NCBI RefSeq assembly: GCF_031382685.1
Contig: NZ_JANMZA010000140.1
Coordinates: forward strand, 1 to 47,410
DNA length: 47,410 nt
Reading direction: 5' to 3'
Origin: Chamaesiphon sp. OTE_8_metabat_110
Lineage (GTDB): Bacteria; Cyanobacteriota; Cyanobacteriia; Cyanobacteriales; Chamaesiphonaceae
The notes under the pieces: generated by a model
Seen by the model: only the letters and a program-made list of their open reading frames with translations
Told to the model about the DNA's origin: nothing
The model's database searches: none
Made by a program: the position numbers and the translations under genes
Part shown: positions 10,611-20,991 of the stretch, piece after piece
Numbering within the stretch: the stretch's first letter is position 1
How the letters are laid out: every line of letters starts with the position of its first letter

Positions 10611-12104
10611 ATGACCTTTAGTACCGAATTTGAATTACTTCTGCGGGCGCGATCGCCGCTGATATACATCCCCACCACCGAAGAAGAACGGGTAGAGGGA
10701 TCGATCGCCAAAGTTGCCCAGCAGCAAGGCAATCGTCCGGTGTATATCTGGGATTTTGTCGATGGTTATCAGGGCAATCCCAACGATTTGGGCTATGGTA
10801 AACGCAACCCATTGCAAGCTCTCGAATTTGTCGATAAACTCAGTCCCGATATCTCAGGCATTTTTATTCTCCGCGACTATCACCGCTTTCTCGAAGATGT
10901 CTCGATCGCCCGAAAGCTCCGCAATCTCGCCCGCAAACTCAAATCCGAACCGAAAAATATCGTCATTCTCTCGCCCCAGATTACCATCCCCAGCGACCTG
11001 AGCGAAGCGATCGTCCTGTTAGAATTTCCCCTCCCCACCGCTACAGAAATCAAAGTCGAGATCGAGCGATTGACTAAAGCGACTGGCAATAACTTGACAA
11101 ATCAGCAGTTGGACGATCTGGTTCGTGCCTGTCAAGGCTTATCACTAGATCGGATTCGCCGCGTTTTAGCACGCGCGATCGCTACCCACGGCGAGATTCG
11201 CCCCGATGATGTCGAACTGGTACTGACCGAAAAACGCCAAACCATCCGCCAAACCCAAATTCTCGATTTCTACCCCGCCAAGGAACAGATTACCGACATC
11301 GGTGGCTTAGATAACCTCAAAGACTGGTTGCTGCGTCGTGGTGGCTCCTTTTCCGATCGAGCGCGTCAATATGGTCTCCCGTATCCGCGAGGGCTGCTCC
11401 TGGTCGGAATTCAGGGCACTGGTAAATCACTCACTGCTAAAGCGATCTCGCATCACTGGTATTTGCCGCTGTTGCGGTTGGATGTCGGACGCTTATTTGG
11501 CGGATTGGTGGGTGAATCCGAATCTCGGACTAGACAGATGATTCAGCTCGCCGAAGCACTCTCGCCCTGCGTGCTGTGGATCGATGAAATCGACAAAGCT
11601 TTTGCAGGTATCGATGGTAAAGGCGATGCGGGTACATCCAGTCGTGTATTTGGGACGTTCATCACTTGGCTGACTGAGAAAACCTCCCCCGTGTTTGTCG
11701 TCGCCACGGCAAATAATATCGATTCCCTCCCGGCGGAAATGCTCCGCAAGGGAAGGTTTGATGAGATTTTCTTTGTGGGCTTACCCACTAGAGCCGAACG
11801 TCGCGCCATTTTTAACGTCCATCTAACAAAACTGCGTCCCCATAACCTCGCTCAGTACGATCTCGATCGATTGGCGTATGAAACTAATGATTTTTCAGGT
11901 GCCGAAATCGAACAAACTCTCGTCGAAGCCATGCACATCGGCTTTAGTCAAAACCGCGATTTCACCACTGATGATATTCTAGAATCAGCCACCCAAATGA
12001 TCCCCCTCGCAGTCACCGCCCAAGTCCAAATTCAATTCCTCCAAGACTGGGCGAATTCTGGTAAAGCACGACTCGCTTCTCGGCAAGCTTTAGGTAAGGG
12101 ATAG
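10611..12104 (+). CDS. ycf46: Ycf46-family AAA ATPase
   Basis: IGGLDNLKDWL, Walker A GIQGTGKS, Walker B WIDEIDK, LRKGRFDEIFF; likely start ATG 10611. Confidence 0.85.
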   Translation: MTFSTEFELLLRARSPLIYIPTTEEERVEGSIAKVAQQQGNRPVYIWDFVDGYQGNPNDLGYGKRNPLQALEFVDKLSPDISGIFILRDYHRFLEDVSIARKLRNLARKLKSEPKNIVILSPQITIPSDLSEAIVLLEFPLPTATEIKVEIERLTKATGNNLTNQQLDDLVRACQGLSLDRIRRVLARAIATHGEIRPDDVELVLTEKRQTIRQTQILDFYPAKEQITDIGGLDNLKDWLLRRGGSFSDRARQYGLPYPRGLLLVGIQGTGKSLTAKAISHHWYLPLLRLDVGRLFGGLVGESESRTRQMIQLAEALSPCVLWIDEIDKAFAGIDGKGDAGTSSRVFGTFITWLTEKTSPVFVVATANNIDSLPAEMLRKGRFDEIFFVGLPTRAERRAIFNVHLTKLRPHNLAQYDLDRLAYETNDFSGAEIEQTLVEAMHIGFSQNRDFTTDDILESATQMIPLAVTAQVQIQFLQDWANSGKARLASRQALGKG

Positions 12105-12257
12105 GGTAAGAGGTAAAAGGTAATAGGTAAAAGAGCCAGTTTTTTAGCCTCCTAGTTACACATCCCCTCGATCCCTTTTACTTAGCATTTCCACTGAAAA
12201 AGCGCAGGTATTAACATTGGAAAATACGACGCTGGTGGAGCTTCGGCGAAGTAGTTA

Positions 12258-12360
12258 CCCATTACCCCTTACCTCTTACCTCTTACCTCTTACCTCTTAC
12301 CTCATACCCCTTACCCCTTACCACTTACCCTATCCCCTAACCCCTATTCCCTATCCCCTA
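12258..12360. repeat. heptamer STRR tract (ttacctc/ttacccc/ccctatc)
   Basis: tandem degenerate 7-mers; complementary tract at about 12097-12132. Confidence 0.8.
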
Positions 12361-12364
12361 ATTT

Positions 12365-12916
12365 ATGAATGTCGCCCTAAAATCGCTTCAACTCATCCTC
12401 GGTATGCTGACTGGACTGGTTGGCATCATTGGAGTCTTAGGTGGGGCGGGTTACTACTTCTTTGTCACTCAGATGAGTACCCGTCCGCCTAAACCCGTCT
12501 TTGCGGAGGAACGGGATGGGGGTAAATCGCTAGCAGCTAAACCTAAAGCCAAAACTGGTGCGAAACCCGCACCAGCACCAGTTAAAAACCCTCAAAATCC
12601 CGACGCAGCAGGAAAGCCACCGCCCGAAGCTTTTGATGCCAAAGTTGTCTGGAAAGATGGATTGTCACTTAAAAAAGACCCCGATTCGGGTGCCGAGAAA
12701 GTTGGAAGTGTGGCATTTAATGGCAAAGTCGCGATCGTCAAAACTAGCGACGATAAGCAGTGGGTACTGATTCGATCTCAAGTGGATAATGCCGAAGGGT
12801 GGGTGAAAGCTGGCAATATCGACAAAGCAGCCGCCGCCGCAAATGAAGTCCAAGCGGCTCCCAAACCAGCCACACCCGTTAGAACTAGAAACATCAGAAG
12901 AGTCAGATCGCAGTAG
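12365..12916 (+). CDS. membrane-anchored bacterial SH3-domain protein
   Basis: N-terminal TM, PPKPVFAEE, AKVVWKDGLSLKKDP...QWVLIR...EGWVKAGNI. Confidence 0.75.
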   Translation: MNVALKSLQLILGMLTGLVGIIGVLGGAGYYFFVTQMSTRPPKPVFAEERDGGKSLAAKPKAKTGAKPAPAPVKNPQNPDAAGKPPPEAFDAKVVWKDGLSLKKDPDSGAEKVGSVAFNGKVAIVKTSDDKQWVLIRSQVDNAEGWVKAGNIDKAAAAANEVQAAPKPATPVRTRNIRRVRSQ

Positions 12917-13055
12917 AGGCTTTAGGCTTTGGGCTTTAGGGGAAAGGGGAAAGGGGAAAGGTAAAAGGTAAAAGGTAATGGGTTTAGACTCTCTCCTCGT
13001 CTCCTCGTCTCCCAGTCCCCCCATCTCCCATCTACCCTCTACCCTCTACCCTCTC
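12916..13055. repeat. mixed STRR tract
   Basis: ggcttta, ggggaaa, ggtaaaa, ctcctcgt and ctctacc tandem units. Confidence 0.75.
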
Positions 13056-13113
13056 TTTATCTGTTTGAGCTAAGATCGAAAGAGATCTTCTCCAGGTTAA
13101 CCCGACAGGTCCT

Positions 13114-13323
13114 ATGCCATTTAACGAACTAACACCGATTCTGAAAGAACTTGCCAAAGAACCTGCGGCTTTTTGCAGTGGGTTCATCTCTGGGGCGCTC
13201 CGGCTCAACTTGACGGATGACCCCGTTAGAACCTGGCTGGAAAAGCAAGCTGGATTTACGCCAACAACCAGTCAAACTGGAACTAACGATCGCCAAAGAC
13301 CGCAATCGATCGATATCGACTAG
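13114..13323 (+). CDS. small conserved cyanobacterial hypothetical protein
   Basis: FNELTPILKELAKEPAAFCSGFISGALRLNLTDDPVRTWL...PQSIDID. Confidence 0.7.
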   Translation: MPFNELTPILKELAKEPAAFCSGFISGALRLNLTDDPVRTWLEKQAGFTPTTSQTGTNDRQRPQSIDID

Positions 13324-13638
13324 ATCGACGAGGAGATTTGTACCGATGGCTTTATCCGATCTGAGCCAATCCCTAGCTACCCAGAAAAGTCTTTAAACTT
13401 GTAGTCTGGACGACTCAGAAAACCTAGGAGATCGGGTATGATGAAAATAATAATTACTAGTGCAGTTCGATCGTGGGAGAGCTTTGTAGTTTAGACAGCT
13501 ACCTATCCTAAGTTAGTCGTTCTAAAATCATCATAGCCCACTAGAATCGATCGGACTTAGTTACGTCGCCTTGTAGCGAACGTCCTATTGTCTGTTTGCT
13601 GTCTGGTAACTTTCTCGTCCAGCTTTATCGATGCTCAC

Positions 13639-13938
13639 ATGACCATTTATATCGGAAACCTATCTTACCAAGCCACCGAAGAAGACTTAAAAACAGTTTT
13701 TGAGGACTACGGCACAGTCAAACGAGTTGTACTCCCTACAGATCGCGAGACTGGCAGAATGCGTGGCTTTGCTTTTGTTGAAATGTCTGACGACGCCAGT
13801 GAAGATAACGCAATTACCAACCTTGATGGTGCTGAATGGATGGGTCGTTCGCTCAAAGTAAATAAAGCACGTCCCCGCGAAGAAAGTGGCGGCGGTGGCG
13901 GTCAAAATCGTGGAGAATTCCGCAAGCCGTCTTACTAG
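13639..13938 (+). CDS. rbp: RRM RNA-binding protein (Rbp family)
   Basis: RNP2 IYIGNLSY, RNP1 RGFAFVEM, short Gly-rich tail; start ATG 13639. Confidence 0.92.
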   Translation: MTIYIGNLSYQATEEDLKTVFEDYGTVKRVVLPTDRETGRMRGFAFVEMSDDASEDNAITNLDGAEWMGRSLKVNKARPREESGGGGGQNRGEFRKPSY

Positions 13939-14005
13939 AACCCGCTCTACAGATTCATCTCGATTGCGGTACTAGCGATCGCAATCGAATCATTCTATGT
14001 TGATG

Positions 14006-14036
14006 GTGAAGGTATCCATGTTACCTTCACTCTTTT
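14006..14036 (+). terminator. intrinsic terminator after rbp
   Basis: gtgaaggta-tccatgt-taccttcac followed by tctttt. Confidence 0.6.
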
Positions 14037-14057
14037 GCGCTGGAATTTGCGATCGGA

Positions 14058-14552
14058 TTAATTATTAATTAATTTAAGTTGTAGTTTACAAATACCTAAA
14101 ATCCGGCGATCGTTCTGACTAACTTTGCTCAGAAGTTGATAGTTAGGTTGCCCCATCAGCGGCTGTTTGCTGGCACTTAGACCACGCTGATTATAAGTAA
14201 GTGTAGATTTTGACTTCCGACCGTCGAATGGGTCGATAATGGTCAAATTTAGCCGTGCTTCTTTAAATTGTCCATAGAAGCAACTAAACTCCGATCTTGG
14301 TAAGTAAAAAGCACCGATCGCCCGATCGCGGGTCGTTTCCAGAATAATATATTCTTTACCTACTACATCCGGTCGATCGGATTCACCATAGAGATACACG
14401 CCATTGGCAATTGAATTGGCACTCGACTGCTGCCTCTGAGCTAGAGCGCCCGGATCGCCGGGAATAACTAATAGGGCGATCGCGATCCTGGTCAGCCAGG
14501 ATTTTTTACGGCGGTGGATTGACTGTAATAAAGCAATAACTACGCTCGACAC
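14058..14552 (-). CDS. conserved cyanobacterial exported hypothetical protein
   Basis: NGVYLYGESDRPDVVGKEYIIL...GAFYLPRSEFSCFYG; start uncertain. Confidence 0.65.
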   Translation of the reverse strand: MSSVVIALLQSIHRRKKSWLTRIAIALLVIPGDPGALAQRQQSSANSIANGVYLYGESDRPDVVGKEYIILETTRDRAIGAFYLPRSEFSCFYGQFKEARLNLTIIDPFDGRKSKSTLTYNQRGLSASKQPLMGQPNYQLLSKVSQNDRRILGICKLQLKLINN

Positions 14553-14715
14553 TCACCCCTTCCCGAACAATAATTCATGATGGTATCAGACCGAATAATG
14601 GGAGCTACATTTCAGATTGTGTCTATCTATTATTATCCAGCATTTATCAGTATCCAGGACTATTGGGCAACAAAGTTATTTAGTGCTAATGATGCGGCAA
14701 TCTCATTAGTATCGA

Positions 14716-14757
14716 CCAAAAAGTCGGGGCAATTCATGAATTGCCCCGACTTTTTGG
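14716..14757. repeat. perfect 42-bp palindrome (REP-like) that can act as terminator for the sigma gene
   Basis: ccaaaaagtcggggcaattca|tgaattgccccgactttttgg. Confidence 0.8.
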
Positions 14758-14780
14758 CGATTCGAGCTAGAAGACAACAT

Positions 14781-15761
14781 CTAACTCGCTACATAGTCGC
14801 GGAAACTGCTATGACGGCGGCGAAAATGCGACAGCGCTTGATGTTCTAGTTGGCGCACTCGTTCGCGGCTGAGATTGAGGATTTCCCCCACCTTCGCCAG
14901 TGACAGCTCCGCACCACCTTCCAAACCAAAGCGCAAACTAATTACGTCCTGTTGCTGACTGGTGAGTTCGGCGAGCGTGGAATGTAGCTCTTGGCGCAAA
15001 GACTCTTGAACGGTGTACTTCTCGGGAGAAATCCCGCCATCTTCGAGCAGTTCCGAGAGTTCGGTGTCCTGATGATCGCCGACGCGGACATCGAGCGAGA
15101 TCGGCTGACGGGAGATGTTGAGATAGTCCCGAATCTGTGCGGGTTCGAGTTGGAGCGCGACGGCGATTTCGGCTGAGGTCGCACTGCGTCCGAGTTGTTG
15201 GGACAGCTCGCGCTGGGTTTTTTTGATTTTGTTGAGTTTTTCGGTAATATGAATGGGTAAGCGGATCGATCGACCTTGTTGAGCGATGGCGCGGGTAATT
15301 GCTTGGCGAATCCACCAGTACGCATAGGTTGAGAACTTATAGCCGCGAGTCGGATCGAATTTTTCGACGCCGCGTTCTAGTCCCAGGGAACCCTCTTGAA
15401 TCAAATCGAGGAATTCGAGATTGCGCTTTTGGTATTTTTTGGCAATGGCGACGACTAAGCGCAGATTGGCTTCGATCATTTTCTGCTTGGCTTGCAGACC
15501 CAACCGTAATACTCGATCGAATTCGGCTGTGGATAGCTTAGCTTTTGCCGCCCATTCTGTTGTCGTCGGCGGACGATCTAAGGCCTGTTCTAGGCTCTGT
15601 TTGACCTCTTGTAAGAGCATCATTTGTTGCACTTGCTTACCATAGCAAATCTCTTGCTCTTGGGTGAGCAATGGAACGCGACCGATTTCGTGGAGATAGG
15701 TGCGCACCATATCGCCGGAATAGTGGGTTTGACCGATCGTTCGAGTTTTAACACTAGGCAT
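14781..15761 (-). CDS. group 2 RNA polymerase sigma factor (SigB-like)
   Basis: DMVRTYLHEIGRVPLLT, EANLRLVVAIAKKY, FSTYAYWWIRQAITRA, LSRERVRQLE; no region 1.1. Confidence 0.9.
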   Translation of the reverse strand: MPSVKTRTIGQTHYSGDMVRTYLHEIGRVPLLTQEQEICYGKQVQQMMLLQEVKQSLEQALDRPPTTTEWAAKAKLSTAEFDRVLRLGLQAKQKMIEANLRLVVAIAKKYQKRNLEFLDLIQEGSLGLERGVEKFDPTRGYKFSTYAYWWIRQAITRAIAQQGRSIRLPIHITEKLNKIKKTQRELSQQLGRSATSAEIAVALQLEPAQIRDYLNISRQPISLDVRVGDHQDTELSELLEDGGISPEKYTVQESLRQELHSTLAELTSQQQDVISLRFGLEGGAELSLAKVGEILNLSRERVRQLEHQALSHFRRRHSSFRDYVAS

Positions 15762-16343
15762 GAGTTTCTATTTAACTCCCTTTACAAGTGGCTAGTAAAA
15801 CTTTTCACCAGACTACTGTTTCTATCTTCACATTCGATGTGGATCGCAATGAAGATAAGCTGGTAAATGGATTGATAGTAGATGTCTCCATCTGGGCACA
15901 GCTTGAGCTGGGGTATTCTCCGGTGCCTTAAAAATAATGACGTAAATAGCTAGATTAAAGTTCTCCACTATCTAAAAACATAGCAGTCTAGGTCGAGGTG
16001 AAAACTTAATTAATCATTAAGTTAGGCTTTAGGCTTTAGGCTTTAGGCTTTAGAAATAATATGTAGGGTGGGCAGTGCCCACCAGCTAGGTTTCAGACGT
16101 TAGCTACTTAATAAACAATTGCATCTGTCTACTTTATTTGTAACAACTGGGGTAAATTGTTCTTAGCTTATAGATAGTGGGCAGTGCGATTAGGTATTAG
16201 GCTTTAAGATTTAGGCTTTAGGTTTTAGAAAAAATAGCACTTTTCACCCGAAGAGATATCTACAACCTAATACTCAGCCTTGAAAATCTAAAGCCTAATA
16301 ACCGATCCCTAATACCTAATCCCTAAAGCCTAATACCTAACAC

Positions 16344-17594
16344 CTAATTCTGGAACCAAAGAAATCCGGTTTGCATCAAACCGACGATAAAGCCGAGAAT
16401 CCCGCCGAGATTGACAATGCCTTGCAGTTCGCTTTTGACAATGCCTTGAATTCCCGCTTCGAGTTCGGCGGGAGAAGTCGCTTTTACCCTGTCGATGATT
16501 ACTTGGTCGATATTGAGGATCGGAATGACTTGGGTGACGATTTGTTCGAGATCGCGTTCTAAATAACGATCGATAATAATGGCAAGTTCCGCACTGACGA
16601 CATCCAATGAAGATGTCAAAATTGTCGAACTGCGGAGCCGACCGATAACTACATTGGCAATCCCATCCCAATCGATCGAATCTGTTAGTCCTTGAATGAG
16701 TTCGACGCCTTTGTTCTGCATGTAGCTCCGGACATTGACGCTAATCGTTTTGCGGAGTCCTTTAACGGTAGAAACAGGTAAGTTTTGGAGGGAAAGATCG
16801 CGTAATAATTCTTGAACGCGATTGCGGATATTGAGGGCGACGATCAGTTGAGAGATAATCTGATTGGCTTTTTCACGATCGTCCAAACAAAACGTCCGAA
16901 AACGATTGAGGGCATTTTTAACACCAAAAAGATTGGCAACTACCCAATAAGTACCACTACTTTTTTCGCGCAAGCCTTCATCGATGACTTGAATATTGCG
17001 ATCGGTCAGAAAATCGACGATCGCCACCCGCAAGACCTCGGGGGGTAAAATAACATTGATCAACCAGTCAGACAATTGCGCTGCTTGGCTGTCGGTTAAC
17101 TCGAATTCGAGGATCAACCGATCGAAGATTTGATTGATTTGGGGTTCTAAAAAGTCGGGTTTGCGTGCTAAGACTCTCAGCCAGCGGGGAAAGGATTCAC
17201 CGAGTAAATCTTTGAGAATATTGGCGAGTAATTTGACCGTTTTTTGCTCTTTGTCGGCTTGAATCTGTTCTAGAGCCAATTGGAGCAGCCAGGTAATCGC
17301 GGATTGAACTCGCTCCACCTCTAGCAATCGCTTGGCGATCTTTTGTAGCTCTACTGGCGTGAGCAAAGAACCCATGATCGTATCCGAAATCCGGGTCGCC
17401 AATCGTTCTTGGTTACTCGGAATCAATCCCGGCGTAAACGGAAGTTGATATTTACCAATGAATTTCGCCGTATAAGGACGAAACAACATTTTGATCGCGA
17501 CATCATTGGTAAAATAGCCGACAACAGCACCAGCCAGAGGCGGTGTCAAATATAGCCACAGTTGAAACGAGGACAATGTATTACCGGGATGCAA
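16344..17594 (-). CDS. DUF445-family membrane protein
   Basis: [40 protein letters not shown]. Confidence 0.85.
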   Translation of the reverse strand: MHPGNTLSSFQLWLYLTPPLAGAVVGYFTNDVAIKMLFRPYTAKFIGKYQLPFTPGLIPSNQERLATRISDTIMGSLLTPVELQKIAKRLLEVERVQSAITWLLQLALEQIQADKEQKTVKLLANILKDLLGESFPRWLRVLARKPDFLEPQINQIFDRLILEFELTDSQAAQLSDWLINVILPPEVLRVAIVDFLTDRNIQVIDEGLREKSSGTYWVVANLFGVKNALNRFRTFCLDDREKANQIISQLIVALNIRNRVQELLRDLSLQNLPVSTVKGLRKTISVNVRSYMQNKGVELIQGLTDSIDWDGIANVVIGRLRSSTILTSSLDVVSAELAIIIDRYLERDLEQIVTQVIPILNIDQVIIDRVKATSPAELEAGIQGIVKSELQGIVNLGGILGFIVGLMQTGFLWFQN

Positions 17595-17746
17595 TCTGGG
17601 TTGATTCTACAATTATACCCAGTGTGAGTTCGATCGGTTCGGTATGTGTATCCACCGGATCGATCGCGGTTATCCACATCTGAGGATTGTACTTCAATTT
17701 TCGCTCCGTAGGGTGTGTTTCTGCGTCAGCAAAACGCACCGAGCCT

Positions 17747-19411
17747 CTAAATGTCTAGCAAGCCGTAACGTTTCTGAATCGCGAGGAGTTGGGTTCTGGC
17801 GGCGGCAGCGTTGTCGGCGAGATCGGCAAATTCGATCAGGCGCAGGAGTTCTTTTTTAAGTAAATTTCGTTCGATCGCGAGTGTCTCTCGGTCTAATTCT
17901 GGTGGCAAAACGACCATATCATAGAGGGTAGCGCGATCCTTGCCAACATCTGGGCGGAGAATCCGCCCTCGGCGTTGGATAAATTGACGCGGATTGGTGC
18001 TGCTAGCGAGGATGACGGCATGTTTGATGGCGGGAATATCGATGCCTTCATCCAAACAGCGGATCGCGACTAGTCCTTGGAGTGCGCCAGATTCAAACTG
18101 GTGGCGGAGTTGTTCGCGATCGAGTAGTGATGTGGTGGCGGTATAAGTGTTGACGCGATAGCCGAGTTCGGTACCGAGTAAGTGCGTGACGGCGGCGAGT
18201 TGTTGGGTGCTATCGCTGCTACCATCGCCGCAGTAAAAGAGGGTGTGACTGGTATCGAGGCGATCTTGCATCAAGGTTTTGAGCGCGACGAGTTTGTTGG
18301 CAGCAGCACCGATCAGTCGGGAGCGTTGCATGAGTAAGGGTGTGAGATCTGGGGTGTCAAATTCATCGTGGTTGGCACCGCGATCGGAACTATTGTAAAG
18401 GAGTTTGCGGGCGATCTCGCGGCTGAGTTGGAGATAGCGATCGCTCTCATCTGGAGTCAGTTCGACGAGGATCGGATAGTATAAATAATGGACGAGGGCA
18501 CCACAATCGATCGCGTCTTTGAGGGTAAATTCGGGCTGGAGGATATCTCCAAAGTAGTCGATGATATTTTGGGTGCCGATGTCGTCATAGTGGCGTTCGG
18601 GAGTGGCTGAGAGGGCAAGTCGCAAGCCGACATTCCGGGGGAGGCTGGACTCGCGCTTTTTGGCACCGAGGTTATGCACTTCGTCGCCGATAATCAGGGT
18701 ACGATCGGGTAAATATTTGAGCTGGGATTGAAATCCGGCGGTAGTTAGGGTTTCGTTGGTAGTAACGATCGTCAGAAATTTTTGTTGTCCGGTATGGATT
18801 CTGGCAAGTTGGTGGGAAAATTTGCCTTGCCATTTATGGATGCTTTCGCAGGCGAGAATCGGCTGAAGATGAAACTTTTCGCACTCTCGCCCCCATTGAT
18901 TGACGAGGTGCCGAAACGGACAGATAATAATCAGAACTTGCAGTCCGATCTGTTGATATAGTTGATGTGCGATCGCGAGGGCAGTAATTGTTTTACCGCT
19001 ACCAGTCGCCATCTTCAGGGTACCGCGACCTTGATTTTTAAACCAGTTGGTAATTGCTTGTTGTTGGTACGATCGCAGTTGTAATAGTGCGGGTAATTGC
19101 GGACATCCCGGCGGCACTGGCTCGACTTGGTAGCGCACCTGTGCTTCGGCTACGGCTACCAATCGATTGATGCTCAGCCATCCCGCTGCTGAATTCCCTG
19201 CAACCTGAAGATCGGGAATTTTTGCTACTCGATAGATATTTTGTGAGTCGATCGACACCAGCAACCACCGAACGATGTGCCTTTTGATACTATCACAGCC
19301 AGACTTAGATCGGCAGCTTGCGATCGCCCGATCTTGGCTGGTACGGCAGTCGGGGCTGTAAGGGATAATTAACGTCAGATGACCCGATTGCCAAGTCTGA
19401 GCCGTCATCAC
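17747..19411 (-). CDS. SF2 DExH helicase (XPB/SSL2-like; resembles the cyanobacterial family annotated as phosphorothioation-associated restriction helicase)
   Basis: LRSYQQQA, MATGSGKT, DEVH, LSATP, LDEGIDIP, QRRGRILR; true start probably downstream of 19411. Confidence 0.8.
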   Translation of the reverse strand: MMTAQTWQSGHLTLIIPYSPDCRTSQDRAIASCRSKSGCDSIKRHIVRWLLVSIDSQNIYRVAKIPDLQVAGNSAAGWLSINRLVAVAEAQVRYQVEPVPPGCPQLPALLQLRSYQQQAITNWFKNQGRGTLKMATGSGKTITALAIAHQLYQQIGLQVLIIICPFRHLVNQWGRECEKFHLQPILACESIHKWQGKFSHQLARIHTGQQKFLTIVTTNETLTTAGFQSQLKYLPDRTLIIGDEVHNLGAKKRESSLPRNVGLRLALSATPERHYDDIGTQNIIDYFGDILQPEFTLKDAIDCGALVHYLYYPILVELTPDESDRYLQLSREIARKLLYNSSDRGANHDEFDTPDLTPLLMQRSRLIGAAANKLVALKTLMQDRLDTSHTLFYCGDGSSDSTQQLAAVTHLLGTELGYRVNTYTATTSLLDREQLRHQFESGALQGLVAIRCLDEGIDIPAIKHAVILASSTNPRQFIQRRGRILRPDVGKDRATLYDMVVLPPELDRETLAIERNLLKKELLRLIEFADLADNAAAARTQLLAIQKRYGLLDI

Positions 19412-19640
19412 GATACCGCCTTGATGGACGATCGTTAAATCCCCGCTCGATCTACCTAAAATGGTCGTTCTGCTTTTCTTGTCAATGTTGGATAATAAAT
19501 CTTAATGACCGATCGGCGAGTGTCGATTGCGGTACCTTCGTTACCATAAGTTGCCATTACTCGATCCTTGCCAGACACAGACTGCTCGCGATTTTGCTCG
19601 GACATAACACAGCAAGCTTGACTTCAAACAGGAGTAAATC

Positions 19641-20123
19641 ATGACCCAAGATCGACAATCTGCTGGTAAAACCGATCTCCCGCTGATTCCCGAACTCACC
19701 GTACCAAAACGCACGGATCGCCGTCGGTGGGCGTGGTTGAACAATTTTTTGTATCTGTTTCCGACAGTGGGATTGGGGACGATTGGCTTGTGCATCGCTT
19801 TAGCCGTGCTAAATCCGGTGGCAATGCCCGATCTGGCAGATCCATTTGCGACACCCGAACATTTGCTGCCGGAGTGGTATCTGCTCCCGGTATATCAGCT
19901 CGTGCGGCTGATTCCCTACAAGATCGTGGGCATCGTGACGATGGTGTCCTTTGCGACGGGATTGTTACTCTTACCCATCATTGAAAATCTCGTGCGGTTC
20001 GATCCGCGCTTGCGGCGGGGGGTGTCGATCGCGATTTTCTCAGTTAGTACGATTGTCACGCTGTGGCTGGGTTTTGGTGCGCGGTTGCCGATCGAAGATG
20101 CGTTTTCACTAGGTCTATTTTAG
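19641..20123 (+). CDS. divergent cytochrome b6f subunit IV-like protein (PetD paralog)
   Basis: AWLNNFLYLFP, ADPFATPEHLLPEWYLLPVYQLVR, three TM segments, ends SLGLF. Confidence 0.8.
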   Translation: MTQDRQSAGKTDLPLIPELTVPKRTDRRRWAWLNNFLYLFPTVGLGTIGLCIALAVLNPVAMPDLADPFATPEHLLPEWYLLPVYQLVRLIPYKIVGIVTMVSFATGLLLLPIIENLVRFDPRLRRGVSIAIFSVSTIVTLWLGFGARLPIEDAFSLGLF

Positions 20124-20132
20124 GAGTTTGCA

Positions 20133-20756
20133 ATGACGATCGAAAATACTACTATTATCAAGCTGCAAAAACTAGCTACCATCATCGCGGTATCCCTGCT
20201 CTCGCTGGTACTCACTGCGGCAATTTCTGGCTTGCTGATAGCGTTTTACTACGAGCCGAGTGCGGGTGGTGCTTACACTTCACTCAAACAGATCGATACC
20301 CAAATTAATTTTGGCTGGTTGATTCTGACGGTGCATCACTTGGCGGGAAATGGCTTTACGATCTTGGCATTGATTCAAATTGTCGTTATGTTTTTTAGCG
20401 AGCAATTTCGTCCGGCGTGGATCGTCGCTTGGGTAAGTGGGATTTTATTAACGCTCAGTGCGGTGGGTTTAGGCTGGACATCGATGATTCTCGACTGGTC
20501 GCAGCAGGGCTTCTGGCGGTTTAAGATCGAGCTAGGCACGATCGAAGCCATCCCGCTGATCGGTTCGACGCTGGGCACCATTCTGACTGGTGGCGATGCG
20601 ATCTCTACCGAAACGGTCGTTCACCTATACACTTTGCACAGTTACGTTTTGTCTTTCGTGGCGATCGGTTTAGCAATTTTCCATCTGGCTGGCTTATCCA
20701 TTCAAGAAATAGAAATCGATCCGACGATCGCACCCGATCTCGATCCACCTGTCTGA
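20133..20756 (+). CDS. divergent cytochrome b6-like protein (PetB paralog)
   Basis: FYYEPS..AYTSL, FGWLILTVHH, LDWSQQGFW, EAIPLIG, LYTLHSYVL, IFHL. Confidence 0.8.
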   Translation: MTIENTTIIKLQKLATIIAVSLLSLVLTAAISGLLIAFYYEPSAGGAYTSLKQIDTQINFGWLILTVHHLAGNGFTILALIQIVVMFFSEQFRPAWIVAWVSGILLTLSAVGLGWTSMILDWSQQGFWRFKIELGTIEAIPLIGSTLGTILTGGDAISTETVVHLYTLHSYVLSFVAIGLAIFHLAGLSIQEIEIDPTIAPDLDPPV

Positions 20757-20786
20757 CAGGATTCAAGATCCATACAAGCATCAAGT

Positions 20787-20941
20787 TGTGACTTAACCCA
20801 TAACTTTGCCGTGCATGGAATCATAACTTTGCCGTTAATGAGTCTGTAGATCCCATTCTACTGTAAAAGCATCTTACGCGATTTCGAGCCTTTAGAACCA
20901 TAACTTTGCCGCAAGTATCAAATGCAACCATAAGCTTGCCG
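20787..20941 (+). mobile_element. Tn7-like transposon end (tnsAB-proximal) with four TnsB boxes
   Basis: terminal TGTGACTT at 20787; CATAACTTTGCCG at 20799, 20822 and 20899; CATAAGCTTGCCG at 20929; directly upstream of tnsAB. Confidence 0.88.
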
Positions 20942-20991
20942 CAAGTAACTTGCGATATAATGGAGCAGACAAATACTAACGGCAGTATTCT

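Noticed and set aside
12217-12492. 91-aa ORF with LLPLTSY repeats
   Set aside because: It is a translation of a heptamer STRR tract and overlaps the SH3 gene.
12665-13024. 119-aa minus-strand ORF
   Set aside because: It starts in an STRR tract and is antisense to the SH3 gene.
14938-15866. Multiple overlapping short ORFs in the sigma gene, and similar ones in purL, ycf46 and the SNF2 gene
   Set aside because: They are shadow ORFs of well-supported genes with no recognisable motifs.
19641-20756. Canonical petB/petD
   Set aside because: Too divergent, reversed order and missing heme ligands, so gene symbols were withheld.
20799-20941. CATAACTTTGCCG repeats as a mini CRISPR array
   Set aside because: They are only 13 bp, irregularly spaced and next to a terminal TGT and tnsAB, so they fit TnsB binding sites.
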